Part shown: positions 39,601 to 53,416 of the stretch, piece after piece
How positions within the stretch are numbered: position 1 is the stretch's first letter
Layout of the letters: each line of letters opens with the position of its first letter
DNA from: Octopus bimaculoides
Taxonomy: Eukaryota
Direction of reading: 5' to 3'
DNA: 64,000 nt
Assembly: GCF_001194135.2 (NCBI RefSeq)
Contig: NC_068989.1
Coordinates: forward strand, 33,595,269-33,659,268
Notes under the pieces: model-generated
Told to the model about the DNA's origin: nothing
Databases searched by the model: none
The model's input: the letters and a program-made list of their open reading frames with translations, nothing else
Made by a program: the position numbers and the translations under genes

Positions 39601-42145
39601 TAATACCTGAAGAAAACCAGCTTAGTGATATTTAAAAAATTTGCATATTACAAATCTCCATTACTCATTATATCATACATTGTATATTGTTTCCTAAAAT
39701 AACTTCTATAGCATCACACACATCCATGTGTGAAATAAAGAAAAGAATTATGCCTACATAAATTATTTATGTATCAAATTGCTGTAACAATTTTATACTA
39801 GTCAAGCAATTACTTCATAATAATTATCTGTAAACAATGCTTAAAGCTACAACTCTGTCTACCACAATTGATTCCTGGTACTTATTTTCTCAATCTACAA
39901 ATAGTGAAAATTAAAGTTTTAATGGGATTAAACTCAGAAATTGATACAGTAAAGTTTTGACCTTATAAAACTTTTATGCTATTATGAATACACTCAATTT
40001 TGTATAACAATTTCAACAATAGCACTCAAAATCATCACTAGCTTACAAAGACATGTAAATATACATAACAGATAATAACATCATAGGGATGTTGTGAAAT
40101 AGGTTTTCATAACAATGATAAAACTAAAAGAAAAGAAAATCTAAGAGACATAAACACAAATAAACCAATATTTTAGAGACCTAAAAATTCATACTTTTGA
40201 CTAGTGAGCTATGTGCTTATATCTATAATGAACAATAGTCAATAAATAGAATGCTATATAATTTTTTTTATAAATGTCTTGAGAAAACAACTTAAATTTT
40301 TTTTCTTAAATGACATTCTAAATATGTACCTTATGAAAGAAGATAATAATTGTTTAAAATAAATTATGTAAAAACAGTAAATTCATCATTTAGTTCTTAG
40401 AAATATATAATAAAACAAAACAGTATTATATACAGATATAAACATACCTCCATTATACTCCAGTAGCAATAACTAAGTGAATTAAGATAAAATCCTATTT
40501 AAATTAGATGAAATTTTTCTAAAAAAGCTAACTTCATTTTGCTGGCTCACTACCGAGATGTCTCAGTTTAGATGCATGTTTTAAATGACTGCTAGAGTAA
40601 TGAAACGTAGCAAGCAAAGTAAAGAATAGGGAGAGTGAGAGTTAAAAGAAATCAATAGAATTACAAAGTAATCAGAAGGGATTATTTCAAACAATCGCTT
40701 ACTATAATCATCTATTAAATGAACTGTGATGAGCAAGGATAGAAAAAACAGGACACTTTTTAGTATGTCATTCTTTTGTCAACATCCATTAGTTGCAATA
40801 AGAAAATTAACATAACAGTATTTAAATATAATCACTCAAATACCCAGATCATAAAGTAAGTTTTATTTGGAATATTTTTTTTCTATTTGAGACAGCCAGT
40901 AAAATCCAGTTAGCAAAGAAAATCACTGGATTATTTAATTAAAATATTAGAATAGTTCTTGGCAAAAACATTCACAATTTTTAAATGCATCTCATGCAAA
41001 CATAAAATACTAACATTCTGTTTTATAAGAACATTTATTTGAGTACTTGAGTATTACACATCTGTTAAGTTAATTCAATAATAAATTTACGTAAGTATAG
41101 AAATAAAGCCTATATCCTCCATTTATTCAGCTTTAAACAGTTGTTTTAATGTTTATTTTCCATTCTGAACATAAGAGTAAATTGCTACTTATCTTGATAC
41201 AATGTCATTTCTTCAGTAATACTTTTGAAATCTAACCTCACAGCTTCCTCCCATGTCTTCCTCTGTGAAGGACACTTTCTACAGCCACCATAGAGCAATT
41301 TTTCACTAAGCATGCATTAGCTAAAACCTTTAATACCTAGCTGCCATTTCAGCTTATTCATGCTCCACCTGTCATACAAGTTAATATTACATATCAAATA
41401 GATTGTGCATAACTTAGCTTACTCCAGCCTCCATTTTTTTAATATTAAGTACTCATGTTCATTACCATGAGGTATCATATTTCGTATGTATCAAATTTCA
41501 TATGTATCATACAGTTTTTCATTTGCATGAAAAAATACCATGTCCTTAATAGCTCCCAAAAATATACTTTGACTATGACTTACACCAGTTAGGTTGCACA
41601 GGTAATAGAAACCATCTACTACATCTAACATAGTCATGGTTTCTTTCATGGTCAACTGTATCTGAACTGCTCCATGTATTAGGAGAAATAATCTATACAT
41701 ATTAACACACACAACATAGGATAAACTGTTTATACAGAAATTGTATATCAAACATTTGAAATTTTAATTCATCTGAAATCAATTTCACGTAAAAAAAAAA
41801 AAAATTTTTTAATTAATCAGACTTGAAAGGAGGTTAACTTCTAAAGACTATAATCTTATATATAATATCCTTTAGAAAGGTATGAAAAAGAGTCCTCAAT
41901 GTATGTAACTTGACACAGGATATTATAAAATACTGAAATGATATTTTTGTAAACTTAAAAAATTTCAAATATATGCAAAACTGTGGTTATATAAGTAACT
42001 CTATCAGTAACAAAGACTATATATATATAAATTGGGATATCGATTTTTTCTTATATTGCATATATCAAGGGATTCCCACATGGTTCCAGTGTTTTACTTT
42101 AACTTCTAAACTTCCTTTTCCCTGTTACAGATACCATCTGTATTA

Positions 42146-42291
42146 CAGAAATGTTGCCTTCATGAAAATCTTGCAACAATATGGAATTCCATAACACAAA
42201 ATCTTTTTTCTATTGACTTCTATATAATATGGGAAGTTGATAAAAAAATAGATTTTGTGTTCTGGAATTACATGTTATCACAACATTTCTG
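42146..42291. mobile_element. Palindromic Tc1/mariner-type MITE, 146 bp
   Basis: TA|cagaaatgttg...caacatttctg|TA; internal arms 42181-42221 and 42232-42273 near-complementary. Confidence 0.7.
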
Positions 42292-42670
42292 TATTGTGAG
42301 AGATAACCATATTCCACTAGTGATTAAAAATAAATGTGTCCCATTCTATCTTGAATTTGATTTTTATTTTCTGCTTTTCATGGGTACAGAAAGTGGGTTT
42401 ATTTCAGATGAAAATATCCATTGAAAAAAAAAACAGTAGAATGAAAGCAAAAAAAAAAAAAAAAAAGTTATGTAATACACTCATTTTGAATGTTTTAAAT
42501 GTTCAAAATGAGTGTACTATGTAAATTTTCTTGCTTTTTAATTTTTTCTTCGGTGTTTTTTTTCAACAGGTAGTTTTATCTGAAACAGACTCATTTTCTG
42601 CAATCATATAAGAAAAGAAAAAAAAATGAAAAATCACATTCAAGACAGAATGGAACATATCGATTTTGAA

Positions 42671-42883
42671 CCCTTTAGCATTTAAACCGGCCATATATGA
42701 CCCAAATATTTTATCTGTTTCATGTTCAAACCAACCAGATCAGATCTACCCTACAATCTCATTCTAAGAATGCAACTATCACATTATTGAACTCTCAAAG
42801 CTACAAGATAATGCCTAATTAATTCAAAACAATGTGAATAAATAAATTTAACATTTGATTAAAAAAATCTGAATACTAAAGGG
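42671..42883. mobile_element. piggyBac-type MITE, 213 bp
   Basis: TIR ccctttagcatt / aatactaaaggg, flanked by decayed TTAA (tgaa, ttta). Confidence 0.75.
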
Positions 42884-43899
42884 TTTATCACTGAGACAAT
42901 TTCTTTGCGTAATGCCAGGAATTGTAAATAGAAAAAAAAAAATTCAAATTAAAAAATGGTTCAAAAGCTATTTTGTATGTTTCAATTTGTTATTATGACA
43001 TATTAATTAATGGAGAGCTCAAACCAAACCTTGATGTGATTGTTTAACTAATTGTAAACCTTTATCAAATAACACCCAACTATATAAACAAAAAAAAAAA
43101 AGACAATGGATATTGTTACCTTATATATGCTTGTAGAAAAAGATGGGATAACCACAGTTGGAATAACAATGATTATAGATCATATTCATCATGGTTAACC
43201 TAGAGCTGAACAACAATGAGAGAATATTTTAAGAATTCTCTCAAGAATACTGTCTTCAGCATTATAAATCAAATCTATGATTTGTCCAATAGTAAAATTT
43301 GCAAGTAAAATCAAACTTAGCTACAAAACTTATTACATCATCATCATCATCATTTATTACTTGTTATAAAATTATAACTGTTTAAAGAGTTCTTCAAAAT
43401 ATTCCACAAATTATTTTCTGGACTCTTGAAGGAGTATATGTGTTTGAGTGATAATATAGTTGATATTTTTATTCATGAAGTTAATTCTGTTACCATTTAA
43501 CTCTTTTGAGTGACAGTATATAAAATCAAGTATGAATACAAATTTTTTTTAACAAATAGATAAATAATTCTTTGTTAGATTAAAAGTTACTGTAAAAAGT
43601 ACTTGAAAGAAGTATTTCCATAATGTGTCTGCAGTAACCACAACTGGTCTGGCTAAAATAGAATAAGGAAAGCTCCAGTGCCCACTGATTATTTCCTTAG
43701 TGCTGGTTCCATGATGAGCACATTTGGTCCACACCATAGTGAAAATTGATAAGAAAAACCCTCATCCAGTCATAAAAATAAAACACAACCAAATTCTATG
43801 AAAGAGTAGAGCTGAGAAAACCAAAAATTCACAAAGAACTTATCAGAGAAAAAGAGAAAGCTATTCAAATTTGTGTTCAATCCAGGTAAAATGCTGCTT

Positions 43900-44880
43900 T
43901 TTCGGAAATTTGTCCAATATATATGAAACAAACAAAATATATATGCTGATGATTTTCAAGCAAATTGTTAACAAGAGAAATTTCTTTGACTTATCACCCA
44001 AACAGTAACCTTTTCTCCATAGCTATACTAACCACAAAAAGATGAAATGTAAAGAGAATATTCCAAAACATTGTCCTTCAAGATCTTGCATAATGTTCTC
44101 CAACCATACACCACCTACATGCAAGCTAGATACCACACACCAAACCAACATTGAGTGATTCCATGAACAGAGGCCTTCAAACCATCTTCCAATGGGAATA
44201 TGTCAATCTTGACTCTTTCAACAGCAAGAAAATACAAATGAACTCACATCAAGAAAATATTGTATCATACTCCTCTTGAATCATGAGCAGCTTGCAATTA
44301 GAACCCTCATAATTGCTTCAACTGTTAGATTTAACTATTAACAAGGATCTCTCTTTGCAAAAGTACATCCTCAATATAGCTACGATTACATATCAATGAC
44401 AAGCCCATCTCTTAAGTGCCAGAACATACTTCAGCCCCTAACAATTACTAATACTCTACAAAGCTCAGGTGGAATATTGCTTTCATATCTGGGACACTGC
44501 TCCTGCTGCACACACAGACATTTTAGGCTGCATCCAGAAAAGGCCACCCAAATAACTGGCATGAAGTCATCATCATCATTGTTTAACGTCCACTTTCCAG
44601 GCTGGCATGGGTTGGACAGTTTGACTGAGGAGTAACTCACAGATATGCTTAAGCCTCTTTTGCTACTACTATAATGGCTTCTTCCCCATGGAGCTGGCTG
44701 GGCTCAAGCCACTTCTACTCAAGATTCTTGACTCACCCGTATCTCCTTTCTATTACTCTTGTTCTGTCCACTCAACACCTGCCCCCATGCTCTGCACTAA
44801 TCACCATGCTCTGATCTTCTTTCTCAGAATATTGATCATCTGGAATTCCCCTCTAGCTCGTGTCTTTCTTGCAAAGATTC
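43900..44880 (+). mobile_element. Decayed CR1/Jockey-type LINE RT 3' part, interrupted by an RTE tail (44565-44635)
   Basis: IYADD, NRGLQTIFQWEYVNLDSFNSKK, YKAQVEYCFHIWDTAP..LGCIQKR. Confidence 0.75.
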
Positions 44881-45459
44881 ATGAGGATTAACTGACATCA
44901 ATCTCATCAATCTTGGAAGATCTGTGAAGGTCATGATCACTGCCCCTTCCTCCAGATGCAGGAAAAAAAAATCTAGTTACCATAATCAACTAGACAAAAT
45001 GTTAACAAGTCTGTTAGTGTCCCAATATCAAGGAAGCAAACTTGCACTCCAATTGAAAGCTTCAAAGTCAATACAAATTCTTGACTTCAAAATCTTTTAT
45101 ACTTTTGCATGACAACTTCACAACTATAACATTGTCTGAAATTGCAAATTTGAAAATATTTTAGTTTTGATTTTCTATTTTTACTGTGAAGCATTCCCTC
45201 TCCAAACAATGCACAAAATACCAACCCTATCGTTCTTCCTCACAACTATAGGCCTTTGGGAATCATTCCATGCCCATTTTTTTCTGCAAGCATCACTCTG
45301 CAGAGCCTGAATATCAACTGCATTGTCCTAAGTTTGGTAGGGACTTCAAAAGATTATAGGTGTTGCTCAGCCAACTAAATTAGAAATACAAAAATAAAAA
45401 TTGAAAAGTCTTATATCTACAAATCCATTTTGTTTTAACTATACTAAGAAACTTGTTTG

Positions 45460-46960
45460 TCATTCATCATTTAGCATCCGTTTTCCATGATGACATGGGT
45501 TGGATGACATGACAGGAACTGGCAAAGCCAGGGGCCACACCAGGTTCCATAGTCTGTTTTGGCTTGGTTTCTACAGCTGGATGCCCTTCCTAATGCCAAC
45601 CAGTCCACAGAGTGGTTGGCACCATCACCAGTGCTTTTTACGTGGCACCTCAGTCTTAGGATCTCAATTCTGTTGTGGTGGGCAGGTCTTAAGTACAGCA
45701 ATGCACCACATAACTGTCCTCTGTTATCTCTTTTGTAAGATTCAGAGTTTTGAGATCAACCTTCAGTACTTTGTCTCGTGTCCTCCTGGGTCTCCCTCTT
45801 CGACAACTTCCCTCCACTTGAAGCTGTCCTCATCCATCCACATCACATGACCAAACCAGTGCACAGTCTCCTCTCTTGCATACTGCATCTAATTCCTCTT
45901 ATGCCCAACTTCTCTCTCAATACACCAATGCTCTTTTGCACATGCACACTGACATTGCACATTCAGCAGAGCATACTAGCTTTGTTCCTCTCCAACCTTC
46001 ACATGTCCTCCACATTCAGGGCCCATGTCGCACAATCATGCAGTGTCATAGTTTGTACACATGCACCATACAATTTTCCCTTCACTCAAAGAGGGAAATC
46101 TTTGGTTGCAAACAAAGGTAAAAGCTCTCTGAACTTTCTCTAACCTATTCTTAGTCTAGCAATTACACTTTCTGTACAACCTCCTTCACTGCTAATTAGG
46201 TTACATCATCATCACCGTTTAATGTCTGTTTTCCATGCTAGCATGGGTTGGACAGTTCGACTGGAGTCTGGGAAGCAAGGCGGCTGCATCAGGCTCCAGT
46301 CTGATCTGGCAGTGTTTCTACAGCTGGATGTCCTTCCTAACACCAACCACTCTGTGAGTGTAGTGGGTGCTTTTTACGTGCCACAGGCACAGGGGCCAGA
46401 GGATGCTGGCAATGGCCACGATCGGAGGGTGCTTTTTATGTGCTACTGGCATGGAAGCCAGTCAAGGCAGTGCTGGCATCAGCCACGTTCGGATGGTGCT
46501 TTTCACGTGGCACCGGCACGGGTATCACAACTACATTTTCCATTTGATTTTCATTTTAATGTTGATGTACTTGGCTCAATAGGTCTCCTCAAGCACAGCA
46601 GGTCGCCCTATGATCCAAGGTACTTTTGAATGGGCTGGGGCTAGTTATGTGAAACTGGTGTAGGATACAGCCGTGAACTCATTTTATTTGCCGGGTCTTC
46701 GCAGTCAACATATCTCCAGAGGTCTCTGTCTTTTGTCATTGCTTCTGTGAGGCCCAACATTCGAAGGTCATGCTTGACCACCTCATCCCATGTCTTCCTG
46801 GGTCTACCTCTATTCCGGATTCCTTCAACTATTTGGGAGTGGCACTTCTTCACACATCTCTCCTCATCCATCCGTAGTACATGATTATACCAGTGCAAAC
46901 ATCTCTTTTGCATGCCACATCCTATGCTTCTTATGCCTAACATTTCTCTCAGAGTGCAAC
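45460..46960 (-). mobile_element. Two tandem RTE LINE 3' ends (45460-46195, 46203-46960)
   Basis: LGIRSIGCGMQKRCLHWYNHVLRMDEERCVKKC..RGRPRKTWDEVVKHDLRMLGLTEAMTKDRDLWRY; each with its own terminal module. Confidence 0.9.
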
Positions 46961-47574
46961 TTCCAGAGAGCCAATGGGACTTTTAACTAAAATAAAAGTT
47001 AAAGTTCTTTTCTATAATGTTTTCCATCACATAATTACTAAATTACTTAAATTAATATTGGTTTTTAAATAAGAAATGTAAAGTCATACACACAAAATAG
47101 TTCCTAAGCAAAGAAATTTAGCTTACCACAAATAATTATTTAAAATTCATATTTATTGTACACTGCAATTCATACTGTAGACTACAATAAAAGGCTTTTT
47201 TACCCTATGGGATTTTTTCCCCTTTACATTCTAGAACTTTCACCCCAGAATTCAACTGTTTACATTCTAACCCACCCACCCACTCCTGCACCCTTTTCTT
47301 TACAGTGAAGTACAGAGTTTGAGGGACAACTAGTTCAAAACTTTGGTATAACAAAATTTTGGTATAATTTCTTAATTCTTCTTTAATCTTAGTCATTCTC
47401 AACGAATTCAGGAAGTATTTTCTTTGGAGTAACAAATTTTCTGAAAAATATTTTAGGATGCTTTACACTTGTTTTGAACTATGCATTCCTTCACTTTCCA
47501 TCCGACAGCAATTATCAAAAACACTGACTGGTTGATGATGATAATAATAATAATAATGTGTGTGTACATATGCA

Positions 47575-47606
<32 letters not shown>

Positions 47607-47618
47607 CATATATATATA

Positions 47619-49420
47619 GTAGCAGAGATACCCGGCGTTGCCCGTGCTACATGCAATTGAAGAATGAGACTTTTCTGTTATATTTTCTTTAAGGAACTGG
47701 AATACCTATGAATCGAATTTCATCAAAATTGCACATGAGGGTTCTTTCCCTCTTTACACATCCTAAAAAATTCTAATAATGACACATGTATCCCTTACTA
47801 TTGATCTTTATGCACATATTCCAAAATTCCAGTCTTCTGGAACCTATAAAAAGGATTTTGGTCCTGAAAAATGGAGCTCTAAAATATGGGAATGAAGGCC
47901 TCTATTGGGGGTGGGTGTGTTAATGTCAACCAGAGAAGTTGAATTGTTGGGAATGTTTTTAACTTGGGTCTTATAGTATGCCTGTATATATGTGAGGGTA
48001 TAGTTTCATTTTAATAGTTTCAGTATGAAATTGAAAATATTTAAGTGAAAGTATCTGACATTACAGTAGCGACGTGTTATTGTTTCACTTTTGACACGTA
48101 ATACTGAAATAGTGGAATAGTTTCAGTATTAAAGTGAAAGTATCTGACATTACAGTAGAGTGATGTTATTGTTTCACTCACTGCAGTAGTCTCAGTATGA
48201 AAATGAAACCATTAAAGTGAAAGTATCTGTCATTACAGTACAGACTGTCCTTATTTAACGACCACTCGGAGTTACGACGAACTTTACGAGCAGTCATTAC
48301 ATATTTTATAAAAGATAAAAACTTTAAAACTTTGACTGTCGTATTGTGCGCTATACGAGAACTGCCGTCATGACAGCAGCACATCCCGAGCACCCAGCCT
48401 CACCTTCCGACACGCTCGCTCTCTCACTCTCCCGCCTGTGGTCAGCCAGGCAACACAGTGACACAGTACCTATATTACTATTTCGTTTCTTTTTTCCTTT
48501 ATCTCTTGCACCCCATACTACAAGATGCCCCCAAAAAGGAAGAATACATCTTCACCTGCAGCAGGAAGCGCCAAGAAACAACAGAGAGCTATTGACCTTG
48601 ACACAAAAATGAAAATCATTACAGACTACTGCTATGCTAGAACTTGAGGCGATGGATCCAAATTTTGAGCGATTTTCCAAGGTGGAAAGGCAGACAACTG
48701 AACTTTTCCGATGTTATCGAGAAATTTATGACGAAAAAAAGAAGATAAAGCAAACAACACTGACCGGATTTTTCATGCATTTTGATGTCAAGAATGAGTT
48801 GCTTTTGTAATCTTTATCCAAAGTAAAACAAAGTTATTATGTTTGAGTTTGCTTTAAACCTTTTCTATAGAATCCTGAGAAAAGTTTATTAGGCATCTTA
48901 TGTACTGGGCCTATTCTAACTTTTAAAGTTTTCCTTGTGATAATCTTACCGTTACTCATTCATTTTTCAACAATTTATGTTAGTGATTCTTGGCCCTGTA
49001 CTGCATATACTTTATACAGTACGGTATTCTGTTTTTATATGTACGTACAGTCACTATACCTATAAAAAAAAATACGTAACCTATGAATATTCGTTTACTG
49101 AAGAATTTGATTAACGACGGGGCTGTTGGAACGTAACTCAGTCGTTAAATGAGGACAGTCTGTATCGATATGTGATTGTTTCAGTTTTGATAATGAAACA
49201 GTGGAATAGTTTCATTTTTGAAGTGATTGAATGAAATGTTTGACTCATTCCAACTTACGTGGGCCGTCTGATCCGAAACTCCGTATTCCAGAAACTCCTC
49301 TCCCCGCCCCCTTCCAAAAAAATTTTACCTACAAATTTCTTTCTAATTGTAATCTAGACCGTCTGAAAGGTATCTATAAAATTTCATGTATACAAATTTC
49401 CTGCCTGTACACACACATTA
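47619..49420 (+). mobile_element. Non-autonomous Helentron/HINE-like element with internal ~88-bp minisatellite
   Basis: 5' tagcagagatacccggcgttgcccg inserted at a (TA)n; three aaagtgaaagtatctg(a/t)cattacagta units; aaatttcat motifs. 3' end approximate. Confidence 0.5.
48241..49162 (+). mobile_element. Internally deleted Tigger (pogo) element, 922 bp
   Basis: 22-bp TIR cagactgtcct(t/c)atttaacgac, TA TSD. N-terminal MPPKRK..KKQQRAIDLDTKMKII (48525) joined to C-terminal DPNFERFSKV..CYREIYDEKKK..QTTL; DDE core deleted. Confidence 0.9.
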
Positions 49421-50399
49421 GCAGAGTAAAATTAAAAGAAAGGTAGCTTCCTTGAAACAAAATTTATTTCAAGGTAACCATATATATATAACAATTTAAC
49501 CGCTATTAGATTCGATGTAATTTTAAAACAATTTCTTTGGTCAGCACCAACCAATTATTTCAATAAGATTGCTAACGTAAATAAAGGGACAGAGATGAGC
49601 GGGAAAGATCTATCGAAAAAAAAATGTCATTAGACGACAAAACGACATATAATTATCCAAAGAAAGATACAGTAAAACAAAGATGTAATGAGACCATAAG
49701 TGGTCAGGGTTCGAAAATGGAGAAATATTGATTTCTTCCATAAACGGAAAGACAGAATGTGACATTGATTAGCGACATCACAAGATCTTGGAGATAGGAT
49801 CGAGCAATAAAATCATTATTTATTAAAATAACAAATCTAAAACAAATATGGTTTAGAAATAAGAATATAACAGCACCAAATTGAAGTACTCGAAGGTCAT
49901 ATTCTGGGAAGCAAAATATGTGAGGAAGTTACATAACGAAAGAATTTTGCAATTACGATTCGTCCTTTAAAATTTTAAACAGTATTTCATCAAGTCAGAA
50001 AGTAAAACAGAACACAATTTGTTGGAATATTCTACAATAGGGCCTGCAATCTTTTTCATGTAATATATTAAACGTATCAAACAGCAGCTAAGCTATCTTC
50101 TAACACCACAAAGAGGATCATTACTGACTGATTAAATAAGACAAGCGATAAATACTGTTTATAGAAGATTAAATTGCCTTTTATTCATGACTAGACTACG
50201 CTAACCTTGTCAACAAAACGGCTCTTTTACAGAATAGCCAACCATCAACATAACGAAAGTAATCGTCTTTCACTTTCCTACAAGAAATAGCAATAGTTTT
50301 ATTACTAATCGACTGTTCCGTTTAATGTTTTAGATTTAATTCATATTGGACACTCGCTGACGCACTTTCTCTAAACTTATTTCCTATTTACTATAATAT

Positions 50400-50578
50400 C
50401 GCGGTTTATTATTTAAGCTTACGTCGATTCCTCCGTGGTGTTGTTTTGCATTTATGATAAAATATATAAATATATACAAATAATAAAAATACAGTACAGT
50501 ACTGTTTCTACTTCGCGGATTTTCACTTATCGCAGGGGGTTTGGGAACGTAACACCCGCGATCGTCGAGGGATTACTG
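50400..50578. mobile_element. Tigger-like terminal fragment
   Basis: gcggattttcacttatcgc...gaacgtaacacccgcga...gagggattactg|TA; matching left end not found. Confidence 0.6.
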
Positions 50579-50697
50579 TATTATTAACGTATAATAATTA
50601 CACACGCGTATATGTATATACATTATTATTCTTTTATAAGTTTCAAGCCCTGAGGCTGTAGCCATGCTGGGACACCGCCAATATTAATTTAAGTGTA

Positions 50698-50887
50698 CAG
50701 TATTATATATCCATTACGGCCGATCTTACCAATCGGTTTCGCTCTAGGGATTCAACGGAGTGTCAGGTAACAGTTCGATTATGTAACCTTGCGCAGGGTT
50801 ACATAGTCGGACTGTTACCTAACACTCTGTTGAACCCCTAGAGCGAAACCGATTGGTAAGATCGGCCGTAATGGATATATAATACTG
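50698..50887. mobile_element. Fully palindromic Tc1/mariner-type MITE, 190 bp
   Basis: TA|cagtattatatatcc...ggatatataatactg|TA; arms meet at tgcgca with no spacer; 6 mismatches. Confidence 0.9.
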
Positions 50888-51053
50888 TACTCTTCGATTA
50901 ATATACCCGCTCTACTGACAGATATAAGAGTGCATTTTTTCCTGACTTATGGACACTTAGACGGCTCTCTCTCCCTCTCACACACACACAAAAATCGTCA
51001 ATAGTTTACATATCCCAAAAAGAAGCACACTCTAAGTTATAGAGCGGTATATA

Positions 51054-51100
<47 letters not shown>

Positions 51101-51309
51101 AGGGTGGGGGTGCATAACGAGGTGTTTTTTACTGCATTTTTGACTATGAGACAAAATATATTTTTTACAAATGTTCACCAACTTGCAAAAACTATATAAG
51201 CTAGGCAAATGACTTTTTTTTAAAATCCATTAAAACCTATAACATATTCAGAACACTATTGCAGAAAATTATCACCGTTCTCTTTGAGCATATACAAGAC
51301 AAATTAAGC

Positions 51310-52005
51310 TGGGGCAAAATGAGTAAGACGAGATAAGGTAAATTTGTTGCTTCAATTCTCCAAAATTACATTTGAAAACAGACTCATACACATCAATATC
51401 TATCCTTAGACATCAGAATGATCAGAAACGCAAAATTTAAAATATTTCGGTCAAATGAAAGAGGGTCATGGAAAAATAGCACATGATAGGAAATTAACCA
51501 AACGACTAGATTAAAAAAAAAAATCTTAACGTAATATATTATCTGTAGCTTCTGCACGATCTGCTCGGTATATTTATACACCATGCAGTTAAAATGAAGA
51601 AATTATTGAAATTAGACATTACTCATTCTGCCCCCATTTTAGACTTTTTCCTTGAAACTTGAAAATGATCAAATTAGACATTAGTGAGGGTAAAATTGAC
51701 TTGGAAAACAACAGAGAAAAGAATATTGATTACTGAACGCAAAAAATTATCCAGATATTATTTCATTAACAACTTCAATTACAATCAGGTGAAAGTGGAG
51801 GAAATATTTCTTGAAAGAAAAATACCCGTCACCTGACTATATTCAAACTCTTTCGACTTCAATAATAACCATAGTGACCAAGTATTACTCTTCAGGATGA
51901 TGTAATACTTGCAACGTAATGGTTTCAAACAGAAGAGGGGGGGGGGGGGTAAACGAGAAATCAGAAATTACTCATCTGACCCCGGTTACTAATTTTGCCC
52001 CACTC
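51310..52005. mobile_element. Remnant MITE(s) with ggggcaaaatgagtaa subterminal motifs
   Basis: Motif forward at about 51310 and inverted at about 51618, 51968 and 51987. Confidence 0.45.
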
Positions 52006-53362
52006 CCAAATATANNNNNNNNNNNNNNNNNNNNNNNNNNNNNNNNNNNNNNNNNNNNNNNNNNNNNNNNNNNNNNNNNNNNNNNNNNNNNNNNNNNNNN
52101 NNNNNNNNNATATATATATATATACACACACACACATGCTAAACGTTTTGAATATGCAAATAAAGCTCCTATTCCATTATGCCGTCCATAGTCTAATTAT
52201 GCTGATTGGTGAACCAGCTTTTGGGGTCGCATCGAGCTGTGCCGATATAATGTAGGATAAATATAGTAATAATAACAATAATTCTTGGATGGAATTTATA
52301 AACATTTAATGTGCGTTTCCACAAATTACACGTCTCTCAAGATCGCAGTCCGTATTTTTGGGATGATTAGTGTAGTCCGTGGTATCCGTGAGCATCGGGT
52401 AGGTCATCTTCATTTCTTCGGGTGATATAACATTAATGGATGTTTACTAGAGGGATGTTTATCCCTTTTGACCAGTGCAAAGGTTGGTTGAGTTATTGAG
52501 TTAACTCAACCAACTTTCTCACAATGTTGTCAAATTAAATGAAGAGAAAGATAATATCAAAGTATAAATTAATGTTGACTGCACGTGGAATTATATAATC
52601 CACCTTAAAAAATGAAAACAACACTGTAAATGTTACTGACGCGTTCTCAATGGTTTCGAGTCAAATGTTAACCACGTGCTTAAAATATATTTAGCTTGCA
52701 TTTGTAAATACATTTTCATTAAAAAAAAAATTTAAGCATTTCTAATTTTCTAAAAGGGAAACCAACAATGTCTAATGCTTACATTATTGAATGCACATTA
52801 CTTTCATCTGATATTCTATAGCACAACCGGAGAAACAACCCCTAGTCAAATATCTCTTTTAGTGGAAGCAGATTTGGCTGCTATTTCCAACAGGTCGAAA
52901 TTCCCTCGTGGTGAAATTAGGCTTGAAAATAAAACATCGTAAACATTGAGTAACAGTAAACAGAAAGTACATAGCACACTCGCACACATTTATGACTGAA
53001 GATATTCTTGTTGATACTATCAATAGAGACAGATTGCAATGCCCTATCGTCATACCAAAATCTATAATAAGCAATTCACTTCATTCCATTCATTACACAC
53101 TGCATGAAACCAACACTAAAGCATCACCATTAAACGAACTATGCTTTCAATAGTTAAATAGTCACAGACAAATATTATAACGAAAAGTCTGAGTTTTACA
53201 ACAGCACTTTTATAGATCAAAAACATGGTAAAAATTCTAGTAAAACGAAAATAACGGTTTAAGTGAGTGTTAGACGTTGTGAAAATTTCAGGTAAGAACA
53301 TGCTAAGCATAAAAGAAAAACAGAAATGAAATTTCAAAAAGTAACATACAAAATCTACTTAC

Positions 53363-53416
53363 CACAATACCAATTTCTGGTTTCCCTTTTAAGGTGCCAT
53401 TTTTTGACGATGCCAT
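53363..53416 (-). CDS. HPRT1: HPRT coding exon 1 (MASSKNGTLKGKPEIGIV)
   Basis: ATG in AATTATGG context (A at -3, G at +4), 54 nt, GTG|gtaagt donor, phase 0 joins exon 2. GIV-IKDD aligns with human GVV-ISDD at the same intron position. Confidence 0.85.
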
